The notes beneath the pieces were generated by a model. It did no database searches. It worked only from the letters and a program-made list of their open reading frames with translations, and was not told where the DNA came from. Of a stretch of 64,000 nucleotides of DNA, positions 23,397 to 36,660 are shown one piece after another (the stretch's first letter is position 1; every line of letters starts with the position of its first letter). A program made the translations under genes and the position numbers. This DNA is from Psammoneis japonica (lineage: Eukaryota), in contig QPGO01000004.1 in the NCBI GenBank assembly GCA_008632985.1, forward strand, positions 558,001 through 622,000. Reading direction: 5' to 3'.

Positions 23397-24421
23397 ATGT
23401 CTGTCAATGCAAGAACCCCACTCGACGAAGCCTGTTGCCGTCTTGCACAAAATGATGAAACATTGACATGTCTCGATCTTGATCACAACCAAATTGATGA
23501 CGACGGGGTGAAGCCACTCGCTGAGACACTCGAGAGCAACAGAACATTACGAACTCTCAACATTTATGGCAACAGAGTTGGTGACGACGGTGTCAAAGCC
23601 ATCGCAGACGCCCTCGAGACTAACTCTACGTTGACAGAGCTCGATCTTTCGTGTAATCAAATCGGGAATGACGGTGTTAAATCGCTGGCAAAGGCACTCA
23701 AGACGAACGCCGTTCTGCGGTGGCTCTCTCTTCGTCACAATCACATTGGAAACGACGGTGCACGAGCGTTACTGCGGACTCTACAAGAGCACAACGGCAG
23801 TTTGACGTACTTACACTTGGGTCGCAATGTCTTTTCAAAGAAACTGAAAAGCGAGATTCAGTCGTTGGTGGAACAAAACGAGAACAAGACTCGATGTACT
23901 CCGCCTCGGCCATTGACTTGTACGTTGCCGGAATGCTCTAGAGTGTGGTTGTTGTGCAGAACAGCTAAACTTTGTTCTGACACAATATTGCTTTTTTGTT
24001 TGCAGGGCGCAAGGAGGAATTGTTGCGCATCGCAGCAGCCAATGGCAACTTGAAAAAGATTCGTCATCTCCTTGATGATGCTACAAATGTTAATGCAATC
24101 GACCGTGATGGCTCAACCGCTCTTTATCATGCCAGTCAGTACGGAAGAGTGGATGCAGCGAAACTCTTGATGGAGCACGGCGCAGAAGTAGACTCTCGTG
24201 GCAAAGGAGGAAAGACGCCTCTCATGGTTGCATCGAAAAACGGACATGGTGACGTCGTCCGACTTCTTTTGGAGAATGGAGCTGATGCCGATCTTAAGAT
24301 TGGCCGTTTCCAAAAGTACAGTGCGCTTGACATGGCCGAACAGAGAGGTCATTTCCATGTTGTTTCGATTCTTCTGAGCTCATACAACCAGAAGCAACAA
24401 AATGCCCGCACGTCCTCTTAA
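23397..24421 (+). CDS. RNI-like/NLRC3-type leucine-rich repeat plus ankyrin-repeat protein; probable intron ~23896-24006
   Basis: 28-aa LRRs (LT.LDL..NQIGDDGVK.LA.AL.TN) followed by ANK repeats (G.TALYHA..G, GKTPLMVASKNGH.DVVRLLLENGAD). Confidence 0.8.
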
Positions 24422-25269
24422 GACGTTGATACCGGTAGTTCTCCACAGAAGAACTCGCAAGTTAGAAGAACCACGATTATAACAGGAAGCGTCGTGAACA
24501 AGAGGCAGAACGGTTACGGAGCAAATTGAAGGCGCGAGAACCATGTCGTCGAGAACAAGAGACGGAAAGCCAACGATTAGAGCAGGAAGTAGCAAAAAGG
24601 GGCAACGTCATGAAAGGAAGCCAGTATGCTAGTGGTTTAAAACCATGATGCAAAAGGACAAAGATCACGTGGACAAGATGCGGAAATATTGGGGCTTGAA
24701 GAGGAAACAGCAGAGATTCGCAGACTTGCAGAAGAACAGGGGACACAAACGCAGTTTCGAAACCTGTCCAAAACAAGGCGGTCCTGGTTACAAAAATTAA
24801 AAGGCTGAGGCGGGCAGAGGTGTAACAGATCCGGAAGTAAAGTACGCGAACGTGGGTGGAATTCGGAATACGACGTGGGCATTGGCGCCTGAGCTACAGA
24901 AATAAGGCATAGAAACATTAGTAGAAGTCGGTGCTCCAAGCGTGGAGTGTATGAATGCACAGCAGGAGCGAAAGCAACGGTTGGACCCGGAAGAGCCCAC
25001 ACTGTAATAAGACGCGCGGACAAGACCCAACAATATCGCTAATTATAGAAACTCTCCTCCGAAATGGAAAAGACATTGCGTATTGGATGTCCTGCAACTA
25101 ACTTGAAACTAATGACTACAGATCTCAGTTCCAATTCCTTGCCGAATAATATGGCACTCGCAAGTTGAAGTAGTGTCCAACAACCGCCAAACAAGTCAAT
25201 GCCAAAGCTACTGTGTTGAAACTGTTCAGGTGTGATGAGAATGCTAGAAAACTATACTTTTCAAAACAT

Positions 25270-26787
25270 CTAACGAGGATTGCTTTGGCGTCTGTCTCGA
25301 CCTCGTGGTTTGGCATTGTTGGGCCTACTAGGAGGTTGCCTTGGCCCAGTCTCGTCAGAGGATGCTCGTACTGCTATTCCAGGAGAGACAGTCTCGCATT
25401 TTGGACAAAATACCAACGAATAAGATATCGGTGCATGAAGGCGACTCCCACAGCCTTGACACATGACCACATGAGCCGTCCCATTCGAAATGGCCTCTCT
25501 GGTTTCGTAATGACCCTGTTCCAACAATTTCTGGCTCTCGCGTGATGGTGGGGGACGGGTGGGTCTGGGTGCACCACCTGAAGGTCCTGACGATGCGTGT
25601 GACGGATACTGTACCTGAGGCCGTTGTGGAGGCTGAGGTATAGAAGATGGGACACCAGGTCTACGAGGCATGTCTGGAGGAATTCCAGACATGAGAGGAA
25701 TGTCAGAAGGGATGCCCGGAATATCGGTAGAACTCGCACCACCCGGAAATGGAGCATCTTGTCCGTGCATAGCTCTCCATTCTTCCATGGCAATCTGCTG
25801 TGACATCAAAAAGTCTGCAGGGGATTCTCTGGGAGGGACTGAGGTTGGCGCACTGAGTGAGCGATCCACGGGTGCTAGATGGTTGAGTGATGCGCCTTGG
25901 CGACGTCGGAGAGCTTCTTGCTGGTAGTAGTGCTCACCGAGTAACTCTCTTGGAATACCTGCTGGAGCATCATTCGGCACAAAGTCGACGGTGCCTCCAC
26001 CGGACTCCTTCTTGGACATTTTCAAGGCTTCCTCGAGTTGCTTCCTTTCCTGCTCCTCTTGGATCTTCTGCCATATCTTAACTTGTTCCGGGTCAGCGGC
26101 GTCTACTACTTCTTCCGTTGGTGGGTCTCCCCAGCCAGCAGCACCAGTAAAGCCAATGTTGGTAGAGGGTTTGTCCCGGGTAGATATTTCTGACATTTTT
26201 TGCTGAATAGCGATGAGATCATCGTCGAGGGGTCGCGCCACCTTTCGTGTCTCGGCGGTCATTAGAGAAGTGGCATACTCCTCGTCAGCAAGGACGTTGT
26301 TAATGGGAGGGTCAATTAGTCCGGATGTTCCCGGATACAAGGTTGATTCAGGCGGTTGGATGCTTTCTTGCTGAGCTGCTTCAAGTGCACTCTGATAAAA
26401 CGAACTGTTCTTCCCCCCCGTTTTGTGATCAGAGTTGGAATTTTCATCCGGCCCGATCTTCTCTTCTTCGGCAACCATGTTTCGATTAGAATAAGGTCTG
26501 GATATCGGTTGACGCTGGACTACTTTCTTTTGGGCTGCAGGTTTCGCCGCTGGCTTTGCTGCTGGCTTGCGATCATCCTCTTCGCCAGCAGCAGCATCAA
26601 TCCTAGACTGCTCGTCGTCGCTGTCATCCTCGTGATACCTCAGCAGTGACTCATAAAGAGATTCGTTGGTTGGAGCCTTCGCCACCGCCGCAGCAGTCAT
26701 CTCTGGTGGGTCAGGAGCACTAGACCCGCGTTCAGTTGATAGGCGGGATGATTGTCCCGGCGGTCCATCGTGAGAACTCGGTTCCAT
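25270..26787 (-). CDS. Hypothetical low-complexity protein with UIM-like helix and C-terminal zinc ribbon
   Basis: 505-aa ORF; QLEEALKMS; CQGCGSRLHAPISYSLVFCPKC (LSD1-like CxxC-x14-CxxC). Confidence 0.7.
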   Translation of the reverse strand: MEPSSHDGPPGQSSRLSTERGSSAPDPPEMTAAAVAKAPTNESLYESLLRYHEDDSDDEQSRIDAAAGEEDDRKPAAKPAAKPAAQKKVVQRQPISRPYSNRNMVAEEEKIGPDENSNSDHKTGGKNSSFYQSALEAAQQESIQPPESTLYPGTSGLIDPPINNVLADEEYATSLMTAETRKVARPLDDDLIAIQQKMSEISTRDKPSTNIGFTGAAGWGDPPTEEVVDAADPEQVKIWQKIQEEQERKQLEEALKMSKKESGGGTVDFVPNDAPAGIPRELLGEHYYQQEALRRRQGASLNHLAPVDRSLSAPTSVPPRESPADFLMSQQIAMEEWRAMHGQDAPFPGGASSTDIPGIPSDIPLMSGIPPDMPRRPGVPSSIPQPPQRPQVQYPSHASSGPSGGAPRPTRPPPSRESQKLLEQGHYETREAISNGTAHVVMCQGCGSRLHAPISYSLVFCPKCETVSPGIAVRASSDETGPRQPPSRPNNAKPRGRDRRQSNPR

Positions 26788-27376
26788 CGTCGGCGCAAAC
26801 GGTTATTGTGTGTTCGTCGCAACACCTTCAACAGGTGATCCCACCATCCATCCCGCCCACCGCCCCACGCGTTGATGGGGGGGCGTAATGGATAAAAATG
26901 CGGTCTTCCGGCCTTACAGTACATGTACGTACATTTTGTACTGGACAAATTTTTTTCTTCATCATCGGCAATAAATAAGATAATTGTTTCCCGCGCAAAC
27001 GGTACAGATTGTGGGTATCAACGCACTAATACTAAAATACAATAAATATTTTCTTATTTATCTATATATGTATCTTAACACACATGAATGATCAAAATGA
27101 CTTCAGAGTCATTTTGTTTGAGTGATCAAATAATAGATTAGCACGTGGGACTAAACATGAAAGAACTCCGTCAGAACATGCCGGCCGCACATACCGTACA
27201 GGCGGGCACAGGCGTGTTGTGTGTTGCTTTGCGTCGAAGTTCGAAGTCGAAGCGCTTCGGAGAGATAAAAACGAGACGCGCCGCTTGTGTTGTTATTGAT
27301 CCAATCCCGTGCATTGTTTTCTGTTTTAGAGATTGAGCAGAAACTTGCTAGATAGAACTTACGTGAGCTAGAGGCA

Positions 27377-30300
27377 ATGTCAGCTCCTCGACCAATCCAT
27401 CAACCCCACCGGAAGCTGCGGTCTGATCCAGACGAAGCAGAGCCGTCGCTCTCTGTTGAACAGGATAGTTTTCTCGAACATCATGCAGAGGTGGTGGAGG
27501 ACGAATTTTTTCGTCGTCAGGAGGCGGGGCGCAGAGACAGTGGTGGGGGGAGTAGCTTCTGGAGACCAAGCATGGAGGCGGAGGCGGCGCAGAGCGGTAC
27601 GCCGCAGTTTTCTAGTATGAACATGAAACGTACCGAAGCTTCTCCAGCGAGCAATGCCAAAGGTGGTATCGGTGCAGCACTCCTCGCATCGTCGTCAAAC
27701 GCAGAAAACGACACAAGAAACCCTGGACCGGAAAGTAACAAGCCTACTCATCAGGTAAGGCATTGATGACACAGAATTTTATCTTTGATGAGAAAGAGGT
27801 TAATTCGTGTTTCTCATCTGTGCGTGTCTTCTGCTATTTTCTGTTGTGTCATGTAGCCCGCTGGTGGGTCCGCTGAAAATAAGAAGTCCATGGGGGTAAG
27901 GCAAATATGAAGCGGCACTCTTATTAGTTCATTTTTTTTTCAGAACGCGTGTGTTTCATCAGAGCTGACCGTGCTTTTCTCTCTCTCAATACAGCGCAAG
28001 AATTCATTCAACCGCAGAGACTCGAACGTGTCCGTTTCGTCCAACTCTTCTCAAAACAAAAAGGAGCTGTCGAAGCAGCGCAAAGAGGCTCGTCAAACGA
28101 AACTTGCTGCTGCCTCCGGTCAGGTTGACGTGGGACGTATTGTAGAGGTTTCGGACGACGGAGGTGATGACAAGTCTTTTCCAGAGCCTTCTACTCCTGG
28201 AAGTAGGGGCTCCACCTCTGGCAGTGAGCATTCTGCGCCGTTACCTTACGCAAAGAACGGATTAACAAAAATGAGTAGTGTAGGAAGTGCCACTGGCGCT
28301 TCGGGTGTGCTGCTGGGAAAGTCCTCTTCTCTTATTTTCCCAACGGGAGTCGAGGCAAACGCAAAGGAAACCACCAAGGTGGAGATCTCTACCGTGAAGA
28401 AGGCAAAGGTCAACGTATTGCTGGACCAATGCGAGAGTGTCCGTTTTCCGTTTAAGAAGAAGCTGATGCTTGAGAACCTTAATCTCACTTCCAGCGACAT
28501 TCCAGTCGGAGATTTGTGTAATACCTCCTTGGGAAATAGTCTTCACAAGCTGAGTTTATCGGGGAACCGATTGTCGGTTATTCCCGATCTCCTGGTCTGC
28601 TGTTTGCCGGTGTTGAAGCATTTGGATCTGAGTCAATGTGATCTCCATCAATTGCCCGAGAAATGGAACTTGCCTCAGCTCAAAAGGTTGAATTTGAGCC
28701 ATAATCGTTTGGTTGAGTTTCCTGACGAGGTAGGTTGAAAGATAACGGTGAAGAGGGCTGAGAAAAATAAGTTTATCGGTTGTGTTATACTCACTGTTTA
28801 TTCCCTACTCTACTCATACCATAGGTCATGCTGGAAGGCTTGCCAGAGTTGCAGGATCTAAATATGTATGGCAACAAGGTTGCAGACATTGTTGTGCCTC
28901 GAAACCCAAAGGTCCTCTCTAAGCTTGAGACGTTGAACCTTGGTTACAATGACTTGTCTTACCTACCAGATGATTTGGATCAACTGAAAGCGCTCCGATA
29001 CCTAAAAGTTCAAAACAATTTTCTGGAGAAAGTGCCGAGTAGGGTGTGCGACATGGACATTCGGAGTATTGATGTGTCTTCCAACCCCGTAATTCAACCT
29101 CCGATTGAAACATGCGAGCGAGGTGTGTGCAGTATGAAGCGATACTATGCGTGCTTGCGTCTTGAAGAACAAGCGAAACAAAAAGCCATGGGAGAGGTAA
29201 AGAAGAAAATTGATAGGCAGCGAAAGAAAGATGCTTCCAAGTTACGCAAAAAGAGATTCTTTTCGGCACCAACCTGCTCGGTGAAGTCGCCCTTGTCATC
29301 AGCGCAGGAGTCAATACAGAAGTCGGTACCTGATATTAAGCATTGGATGGGCTCGCCTACTCATGAGGCTAAGAAAGTCGTCCCAGAGAGGGTTCCGCCA
29401 CATTCGGCGGAAAGAACGCCAGGATCTCTAGGAATAAAGAGGATGGAAGTCTCTGTTCGAGAAAGTCCTCAAATCAAAGATGAAAAAGCTGAATTCCCCA
29501 GACTCCCCCCAGTTGCAGCCGATAAAGATTTGGACCGGGGAGACTCGTTGGATAGTGCCGCGTCCGCGTCTGATACGGCGGCGACTATGGAATCAACAGG
29601 TGATTTATCTGCAGATGCCAAAGCCTCTCTTTCTTCTTTCGATGATCTGAAGATAGAAGAAAAAGTGACTGTGAATGAAACGCTCAAGGTCATCTTTGTA
29701 GGAATGGCGCTTGCCGGAAAAACAAGCATGATCAGGAGGCTCATTGAAGGTCGGGATGCCATTATTCCAAAGCGGGACGAGCGCACCGTTGGAGTCGACA
29801 TTTATGAATGGGACCCAAAGAAAGACGAGAGAGAAGAGATTCGTCATATTGACACTCGCATTGATATTCAAGACAAGGAATTAGCGAAGACCTCTGGAGA
29901 AGTCAACGTGAAATTCAGTGTTTGGGACTTTGCTGGACAGCATGTCTATCACGTAAGGATTGATGTAGGCTTTGCTCTTCTAAGAAATATGCCGATGTTC
30001 TCATCCTTCCTTCCTTCCTTCCTTCCTTTGTGTTTCATAGGCTACGCATGAGCTTTTCTTCTCTCCGCGTGCTCTCTATGTTCTTGTATGGGACATGGGC
30101 GCAACAAACAGCGCCACACATCGAAGATCCACCAGGAATGACGATGTTAGCGGTGCTTTCAAACTCTCGTATGATTCTTCAGACGACGAAGACGACGACG
30201 AATTCACCGCTGAGGAGGAAGCACGTAGGGCTGATCGGGCATTAGAGAGGGACGTGGACGAGAAGGTTCAATTCTGGGTGGATTGCATCCAGAGCAGCGC

Positions 30301-33300
30301 ACCGGGCGCGGCAATCATGCCCGTTGCATCATTCGATGACTATTTTGAGAGTGGCGGTAGCAAAGAAGAAGCGAAGCGTCGCTGTGGTATAATGAAGAGG
30401 CGCTTGCTTAAGCATGAGCAACGGAGGCGTCAAGGTTTAAAAGATCGTCTGAAGGAGTTTGAATCAGAGAATCGTGCGAATGATGACGCCGCGTTGCGTC
30501 TCCGAAAATTGCTCTGCCCCTACACACGCCCCAAACTTATATTCGGGAACAACGACGAGGACAGTGTTGTTCGTGTGAGCGGTACCAAATATACTGGATT
30601 TGACGTTTTGACACAGAAGATCGTTGACATCGCGACAGGTCGCGATCAAGCAGGGTGGAAGTATCCAATCTTCCGCGGACACGTGGGCGCCCGTATTCCA
30701 AAAATGAGACTTGAAGTGCGCGAAGGCGTAAGAAAAATGAGAGATCGTTTTAAAGTGGTGGAATGGGGATACTTTCTTAGTAGCCTCAGTGAGATTGGCA
30801 ACTACAGCGTTGAAGACGTCAGTGACGCACTGCATTTTCTTACCAATGTTGGCGAGCTCTCCTACTTTGGAAACGTGTTCCCTGACAAGAAAATGACAGA
30901 TCTGCAGGTTCGTTGTCGACTAGTAATCGATTATTGTGAGTCTCATTGTGTGTCAATTCTGACCGGACCATTCGCGTTGCTTCGTTTTCTCCAGGTGAGG
31001 CGCGATTCGAACTTCATCAACCCTCAGTCCCTCCCATCTGCGGAAGAGCTCCATTACGATTCTGATGATTCTTATGAAGAGGACCGAGAGGGCATGGCAC
31101 TTCTTTCGATTGATGATACGAGCACAACTGCGCAAAGTACAACAGGCGATGAATTGTCTCTTTCGACTGTGACTAGTCCTAGCGCAACCGGACTCTCCCA
31201 GTTTATCTTTCTCAATCCTCGATGGTTAGTTGCTGCTGTAGCCTGCATCCTCCGACACGATTTGAGCAGGGAGATCACGGAAACTAGACGATTGATGAAT
31301 GCTACAACAGGAAAACCGCATTTAGAACGAGGAGACAGTTTTGTGTACGATGCCAATCAAAATTGTCCCGTTATCACCGCTACAGACGCGTGCCTGTTAT
31401 GGCAAGCGAAGAAATTTACAAAGAAAGCCGCCGAGCGGGCACAAGAGTATTCGAACAACATGACAGTGACGCCATTTGATTTCTTACAAAGGCTTTTGAT
31501 CAGATTCGGGGTCTTCGTCCCGATAGACTTGAGCATCGAAAAAGCTTACTTGGGTGGCAAAGAGTACACGTACAACGAACCTGTGAATGCCGGAGAATCA
31601 CGCCCTCCTATTCTTCAGCTGCAATTTGATACGAACAACGCGGACGCCCCAGGAACCCCCAACTTTTTCTTCCTTCCGAGTCTTTTGGGACCCGGGGAGC
31701 CATCTGAAGCGTGGACGTACAAAAACACGGATAGCTGGACAACAACGCTTTGCCATTCGATTCTTTTTCCAGATGGAGTCCCACCTGGCTTGATGGAACG
31801 TGTAACGGCATCAGTGCTTAGCAGCATCTATAATGCTGCAACGGGTACTGAATCATCTGGTGTTTTGGCCGAAGGGCATCTTCGAATTAAGGAGATTTTG
31901 TGTTGGCGAACAGCGTTCTTCCTCAAGATTGGAATTGCCACCAAGGACAATGGCGAATTTAAGGAATGTGTTACAGAGATATTTTGTCACATTGCAGACC
32001 GGGAGTCTAACATGTGTCCTGGCTCTGATGCCATGAGTGCTGGTATGCGGAGGCTTGTACTCAGCGCGAAAGGACAGGTTGGTAACAATGGGAGGAAGAT
32101 TTGGACTGGCGGGTAGGTCGACAGCTGCGCAGCTTTTCTTTCACTAAGTCATATCCAATGTTTCCAACGTTTTGTTTTCTCTTGTCTTCGACAGGTACCT
32201 TCTTGTCATCAAAGCGGTGGGGAGAGTGATGAATGAATACGGTGGTCTCGAGTACGAAAAGCAGGGCTTCTGCCCTGAATGCCTTGCTAAGAAAGCTATT
32301 AGCGAGGCAAGCGCCTGGCATTGGACTGTCCTTAGAGCTGCGTGCCAGAACGGCGATGAAACGCTACGGTGTCATCACGGACATCGCGTTGACACGAGGC
32401 TGGTTACAGGCCCGTCAGAGAATGTTCAGAGACCGAGGCTTGAAGGTGCAGCGCAGCCTAGATTAGACGGAGAACCGATCGTTCCTGTTAGTGAGTTGCT
32501 CAGGGGAGTGGTGGTGGTTGGTCTCTGGGACGGAAAGACGCGCAAGATTGTGCGTGCTGGTTCAGGTTTCATTGTTGATAGGAAAAGGGGGTTGATTGTA
32601 ACCGCGAGTCACACGTTGATGAATATCTGGGGAGACAAGAAGTATCCATTCGGTGAAAACTACTATGGCTTGCGTGATGCAAAGGTTGCCATTGGAATTA
32701 TCTCGCGTAAACGAACAGACCATGGGGACAGCACCATGGCGGTCTTTCGCTATTTTGCCAAAATCGTCGCTAAGGATGAAAGCATCGAAGAAAAGGGCGA
32801 ATGTCACGTCGATGCTTGCGTTCTTCGAATCACTACGCGAATGGAAAACGACGTCGGCGGTGACGGCCACGACTGCGGTGATCAACCCGAAACGCTTCTC
32901 TTGTACAACCCAGATGCCGTCAAAAGAGAAAAGCTGCACCAGCTGAAGGTCACCGACAAATGTGAGCTGGACGAACAAGTAAGAATCCTTGGATACAATC
33001 AAGGCGGAGAAGGACTTCTTGGACCAGGCGAAACTCTGAATCGCTACGTCGACTTCGCTCGAGGTTACGTGTGTATGAAGTTTGGAACTAATGTGGATCC
33101 CAACTCGCCTCTTCGCCATCGTTTCAAACCGCACAAAGAAATCGTAGTTATTTGCCCCACGATTGGTGGACATAGTGGTGGGCCTTGTGTGAACCAACAG
33201 GGCGAAGTGATCGGAATTCTCAGCAGAGCTGATCCCGCAGGTAAGAGAAACTGTGTAGAAGTATCCTGATTGACTTTCCTTTAACAAAACTTACCGTTCT

Positions 33301-33398
33301 GGGCTTGAATCAACCCCTACACAGAGAGTCAAAGATGCTACCTTGTACCGACTAACGAATGGAAAGCCATGGTGAGAAAAGCCAAAAATACTTACTGA
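27377..33398 (+). CDS. Multi-exon ROCO protein: LRR-Roc GTPase-COR-trypsin-like serine protease
   Basis: LRRs (28470-29110); Roc P-loop GMALAGKTS, RTVGVD, WDFAGQHVYH|ATHELFFS; COR (DALHFLTNVGELSYF, IFLNPRWLV, FFLPSLL, PPGLMERV); CPEC..CHHGH; protease GSGFIVD..IVTASHT, DACVLRI, GGHSGGPCVN. GT-AG introns link the ORFs; stop TGA at 33396-33398. Confidence 0.85.
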
Positions 33399-33707
33399 GT
33401 TCCGCAATTGACCGGAGACAGTGAAAAGGATGATTGGAGCGATGATTTCACGTTGTAATGAAATGAATGCATAAACTGTACAGATTAAGAAAATAATTTC
33501 TTTAAGTGAAAAACCTATAATGTGCTGTTCTCTTATGGTAGTCAGATATTTGAGTTGCTTTACCAGAATATGCGCAATTGAACGCGCCGGTACTAATTGA
33601 ATCTGAACGTTCTATGGTAATAAAAGACTCCGCAAAGGCAATAACGCTCGATGCTCGAGTCGTCGTCAACGGCGCGGTTAGACCTATTGCGGTATTCATA
33701 TGAACCG

Positions 33708-36191
33708 TCATTGAAGACTTGCAAGAACGTTTATGCCCTCCTGGAGTTTCCCTCTCTTCTCGAAACAAAAAAGAAAATTCCGTTTGATGCTATCATCTGG
33801 TATGAGACAGCTATCTCCGGCCTCATGGTTTACTTTCATCTTCTCCAAAAGCAGTTTTGCTCTGTAATCAATATCGTGCCCCCCATTCTTTGCAAGGGCC
33901 AACATGCAATATCTATATGAAGTGCAGTCGGGTCTATCGTCCAACTTATCAAGCCTGTGCAGCTCGTACATTTCCGAAAGTAAAACTTCCGCCTTTGAAG
34001 CCATGCCTTCTTTGGAATAGGTGCGGAGCAGGTAATTATATGTCATCAATGAGGGCTTCAATTTGGGATCTTCACGCATCTGTTTCATCAAGGCTTCCCC
34101 TCGTTCTGGCGCATCCCAGCTAGAACATTGTGAGAGGGCGTTTATTACGCAGCCGTAGTGTATGTTATTCGGAGAGAAATCCAGCTTGCCATCATTGTGG
34201 TAGTCTTGCATCTTCTTTAGCAGCAATTCAGCCTCTCCTCCCATTCCAGCTTTCGCATATCCACGAAGTAAAACAGTGAAGATTCGCTCCCCGGGCGAGA
34301 ATATGTTTGGGCGACCTGCAGCATGCATCTTTACCAAGTGATCCAACAGCTTTTCTGCCTCTACAAGCCGATCCGGCTCAGCAGTGTCGGCCAACCCCTG
34401 AATAGTCATTCGAAATGTCGACGTGTCTGGGCCGTCCGGAAGATCACCGCGTTGATGCGTCTTTGTCATTTCTTCAATGCATTCAAACGCCTCTTCGAAG
34501 TCCCTCGCCTTCAACAGCACATTCAAAAATGTGTTGTACGTAATCACATTTGGTAGTAGTTCTCTGTGGCTCGCGGCGAATAGCTGCATGCGATACATAA
34601 TTTTTTTGGCAAGCTCTGGCGCCTCTGGGTTGTCTGACCTTGAAAGCGCATTCAAGACACAGCTGTAGCACACTGTATCTGGTCCTTTATCGAGTTCACC
34701 AGCATTATAAAGGTCATGCATTTGCATCAAAACATCGACGGCTTCCTGACCCATACCCTCTTGAGCATAGCAATGAATTAGAAGAGAGTACGTGTTGGCA
34801 TCGGGAGCGGCTTGTGGATGCAAACCTTTTCTTTGTAGTTCGTGCATGAAAAGTACAATCTCCTGAGCACGTCCCGCCGCGTCCTTTGCTCCGCTCTTTG
34901 CAATGACATTCAGCAAGCTGTTGTAGTCCTTGGTAATAGGTCCCTCGTCTAATCGACCGGCTTCGTGCAGTTCGTGCAGTTTTCGCAGAAACTTGTACGC
35001 TGCATCCAATCTTCTAAGCTTCGCGAAGCAAGCCATCATGGCAGTGGCGGCGACCTGGGGCTCCATATTCTGTCGCCCGGCGGCTATGAGCTCGAGCATG
35101 AAGTCAAACACTGCCTCTGCACGTTCGTGTGCGTCTCTGGCGCGCGAGTTGGACCAAGCATCAATCAATACAACAAACGTAATTGTGTTGGGTCCCTGGT
35201 CTAAGACACCATCAATGTGCATTTGTTCAAGTTCCTCTAGATACCGTTCTGCCCGCTCGGCCATTCCAAACTTTGCAAAGCAGTTAAGGAGAGACGTGTA
35301 AGTGGCAATGTCTGGTTGACAATCCGGGTTTTCCTCCATCTTTTTTACAATCGACTCGGCTTCTTGCGGCGCATTCCGCTGCCCGCTATTTGCAAGTGCT
35401 TTAATCACAGAGTTGCAAGCCGCAGCAGTGATCAGATCCTCGTTTGTTGCAGCCTGCATATTCTCCATTTTGGTAAGGAGATCCAACGCTTGCTTTGCCA
35501 TGCCAAGGTTACCGTAACCATAAAGTACAGTGTTGAAATGATGCTTGTTCGGTCTGGCATCTTGCGTCTCTATGAATTTGTCAAGTAAAGCCTCGGCTCG
35601 TTGCTGTCCATTCTTGCCACAATTGCAAAGTGAACGAAGTACAAATTGCAAAATCTTTGGATCCCAGTAGCTCTTGGTGATGTGAAGCTTGTTCACCAAG
35701 CGCTCTAATCGATCCAATGATTCCTCGGAGCTCACTCGCACTCGAGAGCATTTTTTCAAAACGTTAAAGATGAGCCCCTTTCCCACGGCGATGGGTTCAC
35801 TGCTACTGTTACCATCATCTTGATGACTTTCTTGGTCCGAATCTGACGATTTCGTCTGAAGTGTTTCTTGATCCAACAGCCCCTCCAAAAGCTCTAAAGC
35901 GCTCTCGGTTGCATTTCTCGCCCTGCTTTTATTCAAGTGAACCCAAAGATCACTTCTTGCCTGAATGACGTCTTCTTGACTCCATATTGACGGGTCTGCA
36001 GGCAGACTACTGACAGTGTTCACTCCAACGTCAAGACGTGGTTGTGTCGATGACAAGAACGGCTCTGCCTTTGCTGAACCGAGTCGTTGTGACGACCAAA
36101 ATCGTGCAGGTTGCACTCGAGAGGAGAATCCCAATACAGCTGGTCTCTGAATCACGAGTTTAAGCCAAGAAACGGTAAGAATCATTCTCAT
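33708..36191 (-). CDS. Pentatricopeptide repeat (PPR) protein, probably organellar
   Basis: Tandem PPR motifs (PD..TY..LL..FAK.G.A..AE..L..M) across the ORF; start uncertain. Confidence 0.88.
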   Translation of the reverse strand: MRMILTVSWLKLVIQRPAVLGFSSRVQPARFWSSQRLGSAKAEPFLSSTQPRLDVGVNTVSSLPADPSIWSQEDVIQARSDLWVHLNKSRARNATESALELLEGLLDQETLQTKSSDSDQESHQDDGNSSSEPIAVGKGLIFNVLKKCSRVRVSSEESLDRLERLVNKLHITKSYWDPKILQFVLRSLCNCGKNGQQRAEALLDKFIETQDARPNKHHFNTVLYGYGNLGMAKQALDLLTKMENMQAATNEDLITAAACNSVIKALANSGQRNAPQEAESIVKKMEENPDCQPDIATYTSLLNCFAKFGMAERAERYLEELEQMHIDGVLDQGPNTITFVVLIDAWSNSRARDAHERAEAVFDFMLELIAAGRQNMEPQVAATAMMACFAKLRRLDAAYKFLRKLHELHEAGRLDEGPITKDYNSLLNVIAKSGAKDAAGRAQEIVLFMHELQRKGLHPQAAPDANTYSLLIHCYAQEGMGQEAVDVLMQMHDLYNAGELDKGPDTVCYSCVLNALSRSDNPEAPELAKKIMYRMQLFAASHRELLPNVITYNTFLNVLLKARDFEEAFECIEEMTKTHQRGDLPDGPDTSTFRMTIQGLADTAEPDRLVEAEKLLDHLVKMHAAGRPNIFSPGERIFTVLLRGYAKAGMGGEAELLLKKMQDYHNDGKLDFSPNNIHYGCVINALSQCSSWDAPERGEALMKQMREDPKLKPSLMTYNYLLRTYSKEGMASKAEVLLSEMYELHRLDKLDDRPDCTSYRYCMLALAKNGGHDIDYRAKLLLEKMKVNHEAGDSCLIPDDSIKRNFLFCFEKRGKLQEGINVLASLQ

Positions 36192-36660
36192 ACTGTCTAA
36201 CAAGGTCCGATCGGAGACACATAAACAAGATAATGAAAAGAATGGAAAGCAACGCTGCCGACAACAACGACATGGTGAGATCTGAGTTGTTCCCTGTCTT
36301 GTGTCTTGAGTGATTGGCTGCCACCAGCAAATCGCACTACGGCCAGACATTATGGCGGGAAAGATGTTGGAATGAGGAATCTTTGTGATTTAAAAACAAG
36401 AAGGCTGGTACTACTTCCATTGTAGATTTGTACGTAAAGATATTTTGATGACGTCGATCGAATCTTCCGTAGGATTTCTACATACATCCTTTTACGTAGG
36501 TCTGTACTGAAGATTTCGATTTTTTGGCTTGTGTGGCCGTCAGTGTGTCGCCACGCCGGCACGGCTTCGAGTGTTTTGTGGTGCCGCGGCGACACAAGCA
36601 GACACAAGGCAGGATCGCATCTTTTTGAACGGTCACCAAAGACCGTGTGCGTCAACAACC

